Origin: an uncultured bacterium
Lineage (GTDB): Bacteria; Hydrothermota; Tepidihabitantia; Tepidihabitantales; DTDR01
Direction: 5' to 3'
DNA length: 64,000 nucleotides
Assembly (NCBI GenBank): GCA_964505415.1
Contig: CAZDHW010000003.1
Span: 7,438-71,437, forward strand
Shown here: one piece after another, positions 17,827 through 27,420 of the stretch
How the letters are laid out: the number at the start of each line of letters is the position of its first letter
Position numbering within the stretch: the stretch's first letter is position 1
Program-made: the position numbers and the translations under genes
Notes under the pieces: model-generated
What the model was told of the DNA's origin: nothing
The model's input: the letters and a program-made list of their open reading frames with translations, nothing else
Databases searched by the model: none

Positions 17827-18757
17827 TGATTTTTTCTAATTTTTCTAAATCTTCTTTTTCAAAAACCCTTATCCGATAATGTTTGGCAAAATGAAGGGCA
17901 TCTGCTGACAATTTCGGTAAAGCCACCAAGATGACATCGGCAGCATTAACATCGTAAGCCTTCGCATAAAGTTTGATAACTTCTTCCGCTGGTACCTCTT
18001 CTTCGGCAACGGCAAAACCAACGACAATTCGGTGTTCCAAAGGTCCGCTTTTTTTAGTAGCTAAAATATCAATCTCGTGTTCAGCGCCACTCCGACCATC
18101 AATTTTCACTCCTTCTTGGACTTCGTATCCCTGACTTTTGAGAAATTCAACAATTTTCTCTTTGGGTAAAGCTTTTGACTTAAGATTGCTTATTGCTTCT
18201 TCGTTTAGTTGATAAGAAAAAAGATAAATCTCTTTAAGATTTTCTTTTTCAATCTTAGCCCCACATTTTTGGCAGTGCCAAAATTCTTTCGGTTCTTTGA
18301 AATATTCTTCACAATCCTGGCATTGATAAAAGGCAGGATAAAATTTATAATCTTCTTCAATTATTTTTAATTCCTGGAGACATTTAGGACAACGCAAGTT
18401 TTTTCCGTCTTGAAAGGTTTCTAATCTCCCTAAATAACCGCAATTGTGTTCAATCGCTTTCATTTTTAAAACAAAAGCCGAACCACATTTGGGACAAAAG
18501 GTTTCGTATTTTAATTCGTCGCTATTACAGATTGGGCAGAGAAATAATTTCCCTTTAAAACTTTTTTTTAAATAACCTAAACGGGCAAGGTCTTCAATGA
18601 GATAAATAGTTGTCAATGGGGGTTTATTCAGAATCTCTTCGGCTTCCGGATAGCGATACAATTTTTCACAGGTGGGATCAAATTTCGGATTTAATTCACC
18701 ATTTTTCTTTTCTATCAGCTGCTGGAAAAGTTTCCATATCCGTTCGTCTTTAAACAT
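17816..18757 (-). CDS. TackOD1-like multi-zinc-finger protein fused to an Mrr-like PD-(D/E)xK domain
   Basis: YRYP...LEDL..LGYL helix, then CPICNS, CPKCGS, EHNCGY, CPKC, CQDC, CQKCG; C-term GRSGAEHEIDILA. Confidence 0.65.
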   Translation of the reverse strand: MFKDERIWKLFQQLIEKKNGELNPKFDPTCEKLYRYPEAEEILNKPPLTTIYLIEDLARLGYLKKSFKGKLFLCPICNSDELKYETFCPKCGSAFVLKMKAIEHNCGYLGRLETFQDGKNLRCPKCLQELKIIEEDYKFYPAFYQCQDCEEYFKEPKEFWHCQKCGAKIEKENLKEIYLFSYQLNEEAISNLKSKALPKEKIVEFLKSQGYEVQEGVKIDGRSGAEHEIDILATKKSGPLEHRIVVGFAVAEEEVPAEEVIKLYAKAYDVNAADVILVALPKLSADALHFAKHYRIRVFEKEDLEKLEKIIEK

Positions 18758-18877
18758 AAAATTCTCCGATAGATATTTTATTATAGTTTATTTTGAAGAA
18801 ATGTCAATAAGAAAAGAAAAAAATATCTTTTTGAAATAAAAGGATTTAAAAAAATAAAAATTTTGAAAAGTTTAAGG

Positions 18878-19288
18878 TTATTTAATAATTAGATTCCAGA
18901 GCCCGTTTTCAAAAAATTCTTGATAGTATTTTTTCTGGTATTCCAAATTTATCTTTTTGTATTCATCTTCGCTTAGATTTTTTAAACCTTCTTCACCGTA
19001 TTCTAAAATCATATCCCTTTCGGCTAAGCGCGTGATTAATAAATCCCAAAAAGTAATCTCGTTATATTCTTCAATTAAAGAGACGATTTCAACATCTTCT
19101 TTTAGGTTTTCGTATTCTTCTTTTAGATTTTCGTTTTTTATTAAGGTAAGAATCCGATCTTTTAACTCTTCAAATTTCTTTATTACTCTTTCTTCTTCCC
19201 GATGGGCATTAGCTAACCAGTTTCCAAGATAGAGTAGTTTTAATAGATTTTTTAGGTCTTCCTTACTTAAGTTTAACTGATACTCCAT
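18878..19288 (-). CDS. Conserved-looking hypothetical acidic protein
   Basis: SD GGAGG; LLYLGNWLANAHR and FWDLLITRLAERD motifs; directly downstream of tRNA-Glu. Confidence 0.65.
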   Translation of the reverse strand: MEYQLNLSKEDLKNLLKLLYLGNWLANAHREEERVIKKFEELKDRILTLIKNENLKEEYENLKEDVEIVSLIEEYNEITFWDLLITRLAERDMILEYGEEGLKNLSEDEYKKINLEYQKKYYQEFFENGLWNLIIK

Positions 19289-19322
19289 TTTTTCCTCCGT
19301 TTTATTTTTTTAAAAACTTCCA

Positions 19323-19397
19323 TGGCGCCACAGGGATTTGAACCCTGATCTTCAGGTTGAGAACCTGATGTCCTAAACCAGGTTAGACGATGGCGCC
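19323..19397 (-). tRNA. tRNA-Glu (anticodon CTC), CCA not encoded
   Basis: GGCGCCA/TGGCGCC acceptor stem; anticodon arm TCAGG-TTCTCAA-CCTGA; T-arm CAGGG-TTCAAAT-CCCTG. Confidence 0.95.
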
Positions 19398-19410
19398 AAA
19401 ATAAAAATAG

Positions 19411-19479
19411 GAGTCGGCGAAGGGAACAATAAAATAAAAATGGGGATATAGTCCCCGCCCTTTTCCCTTGCCGACTCTC
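19411..19479 (-). ncRNA. Structured GC-rich leader upstream of tRNA-Glu (unknown function)
   Basis: Outer stem GAGTCGGCAAGGGAA/TTCCCTTCGCCGACTC enclosing hairpin GGGGA-CTATA-TCCCC and a U-rich run; promoter TTGATT-16-TATATT at 19514-19487. Confidence 0.55.
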
Positions 19480-19522
19480 ATAATAAAATATAGTCAAAAT
19501 TTTTAAAAAATCAAGGGAAATT

Positions 19523-20242
19523 TTAAAATTCCTTTAATTTTTCTTTTGCCAATTTGGCTTCATTAGTATTCGGATATTCTTTAATTAATCTTTGAAAATA
19601 TTCCTTGGCTTTATTTTTATTTTTTTTATTTAAATAAATTATCCCCAATTTATAAAGACTGGAAGGCAGTTTATTACCATTTGGATAATTCTTTATTACT
19701 TTTTCTAATTCAATTATTGCTCTTTCCGTATCACCCATAGACGCGTAACATTCGCCAAGCCAATATTGGGCATTATCGGAAAGTTCGCTATCAGGATATT
19801 TTTGTAAAAAGTTTTTAAAAGATAATATTGCCTGTTCGTATTCACCTCTAATCATATCTTGATAAGCCAATTGATAAAGCTCTTCTGCCTTCGTTTCATC
19901 ATATTCTTTTAGCTTTAATGTCTCTTTTAAACCAATGGTCTCTTCAATCTTTTTTCTTCTTACTTTATAAATTTCTTGCTGAGTTTCTTGTAAAAGATTA
20001 TAGATTGCTTCTAAACGGTCATTAATTTTATTTAATTCTAAAAAGATATCGGCTTTTAATTCTTCTATTGCTTTTCTATTTTCTTTTTGAATTATTTTAG
20101 TCCGAATATTAAGGGTATCAATTAAAGCTTGACGGTAAAGAAATTTTTTATAGCCGGAACAAGAAAAAAAGAAAATAAAAAGAAAAAAATAAAAGCGCCA
20201 CTGGAAAAGAGAAAAAATCTCCAGTGGCGCCATCCTTTTCAT
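19523..20242 (-). CDS. cpoB: Tol-Pal system protein CpoB/YbgF (coiled coil + TPR)
   Basis: YPDSELSDNAQYWLGE TPR repeats; directly downstream of pal. Confidence 0.88.
   Translation of the reverse strand: MKRMAPLEIFSLFQWRFYFFLFIFFFSCSGYKKFLYRQALIDTLNIRTKIIQKENRKAIEELKADIFLELNKINDRLEAIYNLLQETQQEIYKVRRKKIEETIGLKETLKLKEYDETKAEELYQLAYQDMIRGEYEQAILSFKNFLQKYPDSELSDNAQYWLGECYASMGDTERAIIELEKVIKNYPNGNKLPSSLYKLGIIYLNKKNKNKAKEYFQRLIKEYPNTNEAKLAKEKLKEF
20161..20230 (-). terminator. Intrinsic terminator after pal, embedded in the cpoB 5' coding region
   Basis: Perfect 11-bp stem GCGCCACTGGA/TCCAGTGGCGC (20195-20230) followed by a long U-rich run on the minus strand. Confidence 0.7.
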
Positions 20243-20715
20243 TATTCTTTTACTTTAAATTCACAGCGCCGATTCTTCCAGTATTCTTTTGGGTCAGTAG
20301 TTACTAGTCTTTCCTCACCGTAGCTGATAGTCTCTATCCTGTCGGGTGAGATGCCCAATTTTACTAAGTATTCTTTTGCCGCATTAGCTCTTCTTTGACC
20401 AAGGCCAAGGTTATATTCATTAGTACCGATGGGACAGCAATGACCTTCAATAATAATTTTTACTTCCGGATATTGTTTTAAGACTTCAGCATTCCTTTTC
20501 AGAATTTCGGCATCCCCCGGACGAATATCATATTTATCAAAATCAAAATGAATAGTTTCTAAAACAAGCTGTGGTTTTTCTGGTGGTGCCGGTTTTTCAA
20601 CTTCTTCCTCCGGCGGTGGCGGAATTACCTCTTCTTTTACTGCCTTTTTGGGACAACCAATAAAGAGAATACCGAATAGAAAACCAATTAACATTATAGT
20701 TAATATTTTCTTCAT
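20242..20715 (-). CDS. pal: Peptidoglycan-associated lipoprotein (OmpA-like domain)
   Basis: Lipobox FIGC; IHFDFDKYDI, EYNLGLGQRRA, ISYGEE and KNRR motifs. Confidence 0.88.
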   Translation of the reverse strand: MKKILTIMLIGFLFGILFIGCPKKAVKEEVIPPPPEEEVEKPAPPEKPQLVLETIHFDFDKYDIRPGDAEILKRNAEVLKQYPEVKIIIEGHCCPIGTNEYNLGLGQRRANAAKEYLVKLGISPDRIETISYGEERLVTTDPKEYWKNRRCEFKVKE

Positions 20716-20786
20716 ACTATCCTCCTTTTTTACTCAAAAATATTTTTAAATATTTTACCATTTAATTTTTTAAAGTCAAGTGATAA

Positions 20787-21644
20787 TTACTTATATTTTT
20801 TACTTTCAAACCGCACACAAACCAATGCTAAACCTTCGGAAAAGGAATAGGCATAATCAAAAATGGGATTGATGACCAAATTTCCTTTCTTGTCAATAAA
20901 GCCCCATCTTTCCCTTTTCTCGCCACCAATATTTACCGCGGCAATCCCTTCCGAAAAATCCCAAGCATTATAAAATTGAGGATTAATAACAAATTCCCCA
21001 TTATGATTAATAAAGCCCCATTTTTCGGCTACCCTTACCAAAGCCATTCCTTCGGAAAAATGGCGCGAAGCACTAAATTGAGGTTTAATAACTGTCTCAC
21101 CAGTTTTATTAATAAAACCAACTTTGTAATTGATTTTAATGGGTGCCAAACCTTCCGAAAAGATATAGGCGTAATCAAATTGCGGTTCAATAAGAAAATT
21201 GCCTTTCTTATCAATAAATCCCCATTTTTTATTAACCTCTACTGCCGCCGCTCCTTCGTTAAAAGCCCAAGCAAAATCAAATTTTGGTTCAATAACAAAT
21301 TCTCCGCGAAAATTAATAAATCCCCATTTTTCATTCAATTTTACTGCCGCTAAAGAGTCTTTGAAATGCCAAGCCTTTTCAAACTTCGGTTCAATAACTA
21401 CCTTTCCGTTTCTATCAATAAACCCCCATTTAAAATTTATTTCAATTGCTGCGAACCCTTCGGAAAAATGCCAAGCCCGGTCAAACTGGGGATTGATAAC
21501 AAATTTTCCTTTTTCGTCAATATAACCCCATTTTTTGCCAATGCGAACACCGGCTAAACCTTCGGAGAAGCGTCCACCGTTATCAAAATTGGGATTAATA
21601 ACAAATCTCCCGGTTTTGTCAATATATCCCCATTTTTCGATCAT
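20787..21644 (-). CDS. WG-repeat (KWG-type) protein
   Basis: About six 45-aa repeats KWGxIDKxGxFVIxPxFD...FSEGLA. Confidence 0.9.
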   Translation of the reverse strand: MIEKWGYIDKTGRFVINPNFDNGGRFSEGLAGVRIGKKWGYIDEKGKFVINPQFDRAWHFSEGFAAIEINFKWGFIDRNGKVVIEPKFEKAWHFKDSLAAVKLNEKWGFINFRGEFVIEPKFDFAWAFNEGAAAVEVNKKWGFIDKKGNFLIEPQFDYAYIFSEGLAPIKINYKVGFINKTGETVIKPQFSASRHFSEGMALVRVAEKWGFINHNGEFVINPQFYNAWDFSEGIAAVNIGGEKRERWGFIDKKGNLVINPIFDYAYSFSEGLALVCVRFESKKYK

Positions 21645-21680
21645 TACTATATTCCTTTTTCATCTATTTATTAAATTATA

Positions 21681-23291
21681 CTATCTCCCAAATTTTTTGT
21701 CAATCTCAGAAATTTCAAACTTAATAATTGTCGGTCGACCGTGGGGACAGAAATAAGGGTCAGCACAAGAAAAAAGTTGGTTTACCAATTTTTCCATTTC
21801 CCTTTCGTTTAATTTTTGATTGGCTTTTATCGCTCCTTTACAAGCAATTAGTTTGGCATAAATCTCTTTTCTTTTTTCATAGGTTGACTTAGTAATCTCG
21901 CGGTGATTATAATAAATTTCTAAAAGCAATTCCTTTAAATCTTCTTTGGCAAAAAAGGTATCTGCTGGTATTGATTTTATAGCAACGGTATTTTCGCCAA
22001 AGATTTGGATATCCAATCCCAGATTTTCTAACTCTTCTTTTAGCTCTTGGATAATTAAAAATACTTCCGGTTTCAATTCAATAAGAATGGGAAAAAGTAA
22101 AGGCTGGGAAATTTTTTCTTGGCTTTCATTTTTCATTAGATTTTCAAAAAGAATTCTTTCCGAAGCTGCGTGTTGGTCAATGATACAAAAGCCACTTTTT
22201 ATTTGGGCAAAGATATATTTATTATGAAGTTGCCAAAAAAGTTTTTTCTCTTCTTCAATTAGGGGTTCTTGAAAGGTGGTTACTATTTCAGAGATTTCGC
22301 TAAATTCCACATCCTTTTCAATCTTCAATTTTTCTCTAATTCCCTGGGTGATAAAATCGTAAAGGAATTTTTCGTCAATAAATTTAACTTCTTCTTTTGT
22401 GGGGTGAATATTCACATCTAAAAACTCGGGTGGGGTTTCAATAAAAAGGATAAAATTAGGGGTTCTTCCCAAAAGTGTGCCGCCATAACCATCATAGATT
22501 GCCTTTTTTACTACGGTACTTTTTACTGGTCGGAAATTGAAAAATATCATCTGGACTTCTGCTGGTGAAAAAATCTTTTCCGGCAAAGAAATAAAACCGT
22601 AAAGAGTCAAATTGGGATTTTCAAAGAAAATTTCGGTAAGGGAAGAGAAAGCTTCGGGTGTGAGAAGCATCTCAACTCTTTCTTTAATTGAGTTTGCCGG
22701 TGGATAGTTAAAAATAATCTTATTTTCACTTTTCAATTGAAAAGAAACCGAATAATTACTTACTAAGTAATTTTTTACCACTTCGGTGATTAATCTTAAT
22801 TCTTGATAAGAACTTTTTAAAAAATTTCTTCTTACCGGATAATTATAAAAGAGTTCCTTCACATAAACGGTGGTTCCTTTTTTTCTGACTATCGTCCCTT
22901 CTTCAACAATTTTATTATCTTTTACTTCAATATAATAACCTTCACCATCACTAACACTCGACTCCAGCCTTAAAATACTGCAGGCAGCAATAGCGGCTAA
23001 GGCTTCACCGCGAAAACCGTAGGTTTTAATCCTTTTTAAATCTTCAATAGCTTTTAATTTAGAAGTGGAATATCTTTCAATGGCTAAAAATAGTTCCTCC
23101 CTCGTCATTCCTATACCATCGTCACTAACTTTAATCAATTTTTTCCCGCCGTCCTTTACCTCAATAACAATCTTTTTACTTTGGGCATCTAAGGAATTTT
23201 CAATCAATTCTTTTACACAGGAAGCGGGGCGAAAGATTACTTCACCACAAGCAATCTGGCGAATAACTTCTTCTTTTAACTTTTCAATCAT
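21681..23291 (-). CDS. mutL: DNA mismatch repair endonuclease MutL
   Basis: KELIENSLDA, GFRGEAL, DVNIHPTK, DQHAASER, ACK and CPHGRP motifs. Confidence 0.95.
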   Translation of the reverse strand: MIEKLKEEVIRQIACGEVIFRPASCVKELIENSLDAQSKKIVIEVKDGGKKLIKVSDDGIGMTREELFLAIERYSTSKLKAIEDLKRIKTYGFRGEALAAIAACSILRLESSVSDGEGYYIEVKDNKIVEEGTIVRKKGTTVYVKELFYNYPVRRNFLKSSYQELRLITEVVKNYLVSNYSVSFQLKSENKIIFNYPPANSIKERVEMLLTPEAFSSLTEIFFENPNLTLYGFISLPEKIFSPAEVQMIFFNFRPVKSTVVKKAIYDGYGGTLLGRTPNFILFIETPPEFLDVNIHPTKEEVKFIDEKFLYDFITQGIREKLKIEKDVEFSEISEIVTTFQEPLIEEEKKLFWQLHNKYIFAQIKSGFCIIDQHAASERILFENLMKNESQEKISQPLLFPILIELKPEVFLIIQELKEELENLGLDIQIFGENTVAIKSIPADTFFAKEDLKELLLEIYYNHREITKSTYEKRKEIYAKLIACKGAIKANQKLNEREMEKLVNQLFSCADPYFCPHGRPTIIKFEISEIDKKFGR

Positions 23292-24057
23292 CTTCCAAAT
23301 CGTATTTCATTCCGTCAGAAACTGCAATCACCTTAATGGTATTCTCAAATTCCTTATTCAGCTCTTCGGCAATCAGCCAAGGTTTTTTCCTGATCATCTG
23401 CATACCGAAATGAGTTAGAAAGCAGACTTTTGGTTTTATCTCTTTAATTAAAATCTTGGCATCAGCTAAACTTAAATGGTCAAGTTCTGATGGTTTTTCC
23501 CGCACCACATTTAAAATTAAAATCTCACTTTCTTTATAAGCACTAATCAAACCTTCAAAAAACTTGGTATCAGCAATATAACCAATTTTTAATTTATTGG
23601 TTTTAAAAAGAAAACCATAAGTCTCATTTCGGTGCTGATGTCTTATTGGACAAGAAAAACTTAAACCATTAAGTTGATAAATTTCTCTTTCTTTCAAAAT
23701 TACAATCTTTTCCAAATAACTCCTTAAATAACGATAAACAACCGGGTCGTCACCTTCCAAGGCATCATAAGGAGCGAAGAGAATACCCCTTTTTTCAGTT
23801 CCGCCAACAGTTATTGCTTCAATAATATTATTAATATCACCCGAATGGTCTAAATGTTTATGGGAAAGTAAAACCGCATTTAAACTGGTGGGCGAAAGTT
23901 TATGTTTAGAAGAGACAATTCTTACCAAAGAGCCGGGTCCGGGATCAATCAACAAATTTTTATTATTCACCTCTAACCAAATTCCGCCAGAGGCCCTAAT
24001 TTGTTTAAAAACAACAATTCTTGCTCCACCACTTCCCAGAAAAATAATTCTTCCCAC
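23284..24057 (-). CDS. MBL-fold metallo-hydrolase (RNase Z/PhnP-like)
   Basis: FLGSGG, IDPGPGS, SHKHLDH, ADT and THF motifs. Confidence 0.85.
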   Translation of the reverse strand: MGRIIFLGSGGARIVVFKQIRASGGIWLEVNNKNLLIDPGPGSLVRIVSSKHKLSPTSLNAVLLSHKHLDHSGDINNIIEAITVGGTEKRGILFAPYDALEGDDPVVYRYLRSYLEKIVILKEREIYQLNGLSFSCPIRHQHRNETYGFLFKTNKLKIGYIADTKFFEGLISAYKESEILILNVVREKPSELDHLSLADAKILIKEIKPKVCFLTHFGMQMIRKKPWLIAEELNKEFENTIKVIAVSDGMKYDLEDD

Positions 24058-24446
24058 AAAATATTATAAAAAAAGAATAAAAAATAATCAAATTGGTTGA
24101 ATTTTGTTATGAGAAAAGAGAGCATATTTTCTTTTTGTAAGGGGTTATCAAAGGGAAAAAGAAGAAAAAAAGGATAATAGGCTTTTTAAAGATAAGATTT
24201 ACAAATTGGAGAAAATAGAAAAAGTAGGCATTTCCTGAATTGTTTTTTCAATCACCAATTCTAAATTCTTTTTGGCATAAAATTAAAAATTTGTTATTAA
24301 ATAGATAAGAGGACAGAAAAGAAGTATAATCCCTGACATTATGGGGTGCTATATATTATTAACCCAGACGGAACGGGTAAAAGATAACTTACTTTTTCTT
24401 TCTACAAATGTTGAATTTTGGCATAAAAAATGTTAAAATGTTGCTT

Positions 24447-27410
24447 ATGAAAAAAATTAGTAGATATTTACTTTTCTTTTTATTCTCCTTTTTATCTTAT
24501 GGAAAGGATTTTATAAAAGAAGGTTATTTAATAATTGTTCCTGATGAATTTTATAATGAAATCCTTCCTTTAGTCAATTGGAAAAGAGAACTTGGTTATT
24601 ATGTTTTTTTAAAAAAGAAATCCGAGGTTGGCAATACTAATATTGCGATTAAAAATTTTATCAAAAGTTTTTATGATACTACGAGCATTCCTTTAAAATT
24701 TTTGCTTTTGTGCGGAGCGATAAATAAAATTCCGGCTTTTACCATCCAAGGAACTTCTTTAGTTACTGATAATACCTATGGTTGTATGGATAACGATTAT
24801 CTTCCAGAAATTTATGTTGGTAGACTACCAGCAAGCACCGTGCAAGAACTTTCCATAATGGTTTCTAAGATTATCTATTATGAAAAAGGGCTGCAAAGGG
24901 ATACCAATTATTATAAAAGGGGATTAGCAGTAGCCACTACTTATGTTGGTGGCGCGGGAACGAGAGCAATAAGTGCCTTAGAAACCAAAAGGTGGTGGCG
25001 GCAATTACTTTTAAATAATAGTTTTTTAGAAGTAGACACCATTTTTTATGACTTGCCACCTTACCCAACAACCGATTCAATTAAAAATGCGATTGAAAGG
25101 GGTGTTTTGTATATTAATGGTCGGGGCTGGGGAAATTATGAAGGCTGGCATTATCCACGATTTTATCGGGAAGATGTTTATAATTTACAAAATACCAATA
25201 AATTACCGGTTATCTTCTCCTTCTATTGCGGTACTGGAAATTTTAATGCCAATCCTTGTTTTGGTGAGGTCTTTTTAAGAGTAGGACAGCCAAATAATCT
25301 TGCTGGTGCTGTTTTATTTTTTGGCCCTTCTTATGCCGGAACCTCAACGCGATTTAATAATTGTTTAGATGCCGCTATTTTTAAAAATATTTTTGATAAT
25401 TCCCCAGAAGAAAAAAGAGCTGGGGAAGTGATTTTAAAAGGTAAAATTTTGTTTTTAAACTCCTTTCCCAATCTTAAGGATAGTCAGGAAAAGAGAATTC
25501 ATTTTGAAACTTATAATATTCTTGGTGATCCCAGTTTAAGATTATGGACGAAATTACCAAAAAATTTGAATGTCTCTTTAAATATTAATGCTTTAAGAAT
25601 TGGTAATAATTACTTAGCTTTAAATATAAAAGATGAAAATAATCAGCCAATAAAAGATGGCAAAGTTATTATTTTAATTGATTCTCTTCCTTTGGTTAAG
25701 AAAAGTGATGAAAATGGTAATGTCTATTTTCCTTTAAATCTTTCAGAAGAAGGAAGGGTAAAAATTACGGTAAATGTAAGGGATTATTATTTATATCAAT
25801 GTTCTTTGCCAGTTTTAAGAAACGAAAGAAATCTTTCTTATTTTTCCCATCGGGCTTTAAACAATTATTTTAATACTTCCTGTTCTCTTTATCTCTCTGT
25901 AAAAAATTATGGAAACTTTGAGGAAGAGGATGTCTCGGTTACCATCTATTCGCTTTCGGAAAATTTGGTAATTGAAGATTCAATAAAAAATTATGGTCAA
26001 ATTTTAGTTTCGGAAGTAAAAGAAGGTGGCCCATTTATTTTAAGGATTTTAAGACCAAGTGAAGAAAGTTCGTTGATTTTAGTAAGAATAAATTCTTCTT
26101 CTGGCAATTATTATTCCCTTTTTGCTTTTAATCCCAATACCCCGAATTTCTCTTATAGTGCTTTTAGGTATTTTGATGGTAATAATAATATTATTGAACC
26201 TAACGAAGAAGGAAATCTTTATATCAAAATTAAAAATATTGGCAATTTTTTAGCTAATAATATCTTGGGTATTTTATCTTCAAAAACTAATGGTTGTTTA
26301 ATGTTAGATTCGATAAGTTCCTACGGCCATTTTTCCCTTTTCGAAGAAAAAGAAAACTTGACCCCCTTTAGAATAAGGGTGCTTAACGATGTTCAAAGAA
26401 ATCGGCGCTTAGTCTTCCATTTATATCTTTATGAAAATAATAGTTTTCTCTGTTCTTTGAAATTCGATTTATATACAGGAATAATTGACTCAACTGCCTG
26501 TTCCTTTTCTAATTCTTATCGATATTATGCCTACGAAGATATTGATTATTCTTATAATGAAAGACCAGCTTTCAATTGGCAGGAAATTGACCCGAATTTC
26601 GGTGGTCGGGGAATAAAAATTAATTTAAGAAACGATGATTGTAAAGTGATAAATTTACCTCCAAATTTTAACTTCCGTTTTTGTGGCGAACCAATTAATA
26701 AAATAACTGTTTCGGATAATGGGGTTTTGATTTTAGATTCCGTAAGATTTATTGATTTTTATAACTGGTCAATCTATCACCCCTTTGTTTATCAAAAATC
26801 TTTACTTATCTTTTGGGATGATTTTCATCCCGATACTTTAAATGCCAGTGGTGTCTATTATTATTATGATACTTTAAATAATACCTTTATTGTAGAATGG
26901 TCAAGAGTAAAACATATTCATGGTTTTATTTCTCCCCAAATTGGAGAAGACCAAACCTTCCAAATTATTCTTTTTGATAGCCACCGTTATCCCACAAAAA
27001 CCGGTGACGGAGTAATAATCTTCCAATATCTAAATGTTTTTGACGATGATACCTTTCACAATTATTCAACAGTGGGTATAAGGGAAAAAGACTATTATTC
27101 TTATTCCAGTGGTCTTCAAGTAAAATTTGGTGCTGATTACGAGATTACTTTTGGAAATATAAGAAATAACAAAATAATAAAATTTACTCCTAATCCACCT
27201 GATACCTATACGGTAATAAAAGAGAAGGAAAAAGTTTCGCTGGTTTTAAAAAAGCATAAAATTTTTGATTTGATTAAAAATGAAAAAGATGTGGAAATTT
27301 ATGATATTACTGGTAAAAGATGTGATTTAAAAAAAATTAAAAATGGCATTTATTTTGTTGTTATCAGAAAGGATATTTTATTAAAGAAAAAGATTGTTTT
27401 AATTAAATAA
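24447..27410 (+). CDS. Peptidase C25 (gingipain-like) family secreted protein with T9SS-like tail
   Basis: YLIIVPD..PLVNWK, YVGRLPA, YNILGDPSL and FWDDF; tail IYDITGK...NGIYFVV...KKIVLIK; signal peptide from ATG 24447. Confidence 0.82.
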   Translation: MKKISRYLLFFLFSFLSYGKDFIKEGYLIIVPDEFYNEILPLVNWKRELGYYVFLKKKSEVGNTNIAIKNFIKSFYDTTSIPLKFLLLCGAINKIPAFTIQGTSLVTDNTYGCMDNDYLPEIYVGRLPASTVQELSIMVSKIIYYEKGLQRDTNYYKRGLAVATTYVGGAGTRAISALETKRWWRQLLLNNSFLEVDTIFYDLPPYPTTDSIKNAIERGVLYINGRGWGNYEGWHYPRFYREDVYNLQNTNKLPVIFSFYCGTGNFNANPCFGEVFLRVGQPNNLAGAVLFFGPSYAGTSTRFNNCLDAAIFKNIFDNSPEEKRAGEVILKGKILFLNSFPNLKDSQEKRIHFETYNILGDPSLRLWTKLPKNLNVSLNINALRIGNNYLALNIKDENNQPIKDGKVIILIDSLPLVKKSDENGNVYFPLNLSEEGRVKITVNVRDYYLYQCSLPVLRNERNLSYFSHRALNNYFNTSCSLYLSVKNYGNFEEEDVSVTIYSLSENLVIEDSIKNYGQILVSEVKEGGPFILRILRPSEESSLILVRINSSSGNYYSLFAFNPNTPNFSYSAFRYFDGNNNIIEPNEEGNLYIKIKNIGNFLANNILGILSSKTNGCLMLDSISSYGHFSLFEEKENLTPFRIRVLNDVQRNRRLVFHLYLYENNSFLCSLKFDLYTGIIDSTACSFSNSYRYYAYEDIDYSYNERPAFNWQEIDPNFGGRGIKINLRNDDCKVINLPPNFNFRFCGEPINKITVSDNGVLILDSVRFIDFYNWSIYHPFVYQKSLLIFWDDFHPDTLNASGVYYYYDTLNNTFIVEWSRVKHIHGFISPQIGEDQTFQIILFDSHRYPTKTGDGVIIFQYLNVFDDDTFHNYSTVGIREKDYYSYSSGLQVKFGADYEITFGNIRNNKIIKFTPNPPDTYTVIKEKEKVSLVLKKHKIFDLIKNEKDVEIYDITGKRCDLKKIKNGIYFVVIRKDILLKKKIVLIK

Positions 27411-27420
27411 AGGAGGTCTT

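Noticed and set aside
19273-19497. 74-aa ORF on minus strand
   Set aside because: Runs through the tRNA-Glu and its promoter; artefact
24100-24400. Short hairpins in the divergent intergenic region (CCC/GGG, ACCC/GGGT) as ncRNA
   Set aside because: Stems of only 3-4 bp and no recognisable motif
24408-24446. ORF-track start of the first C25 gene
   Set aside because: These codons are the -35/-10 promoter; the signal peptide begins at ATG 24447
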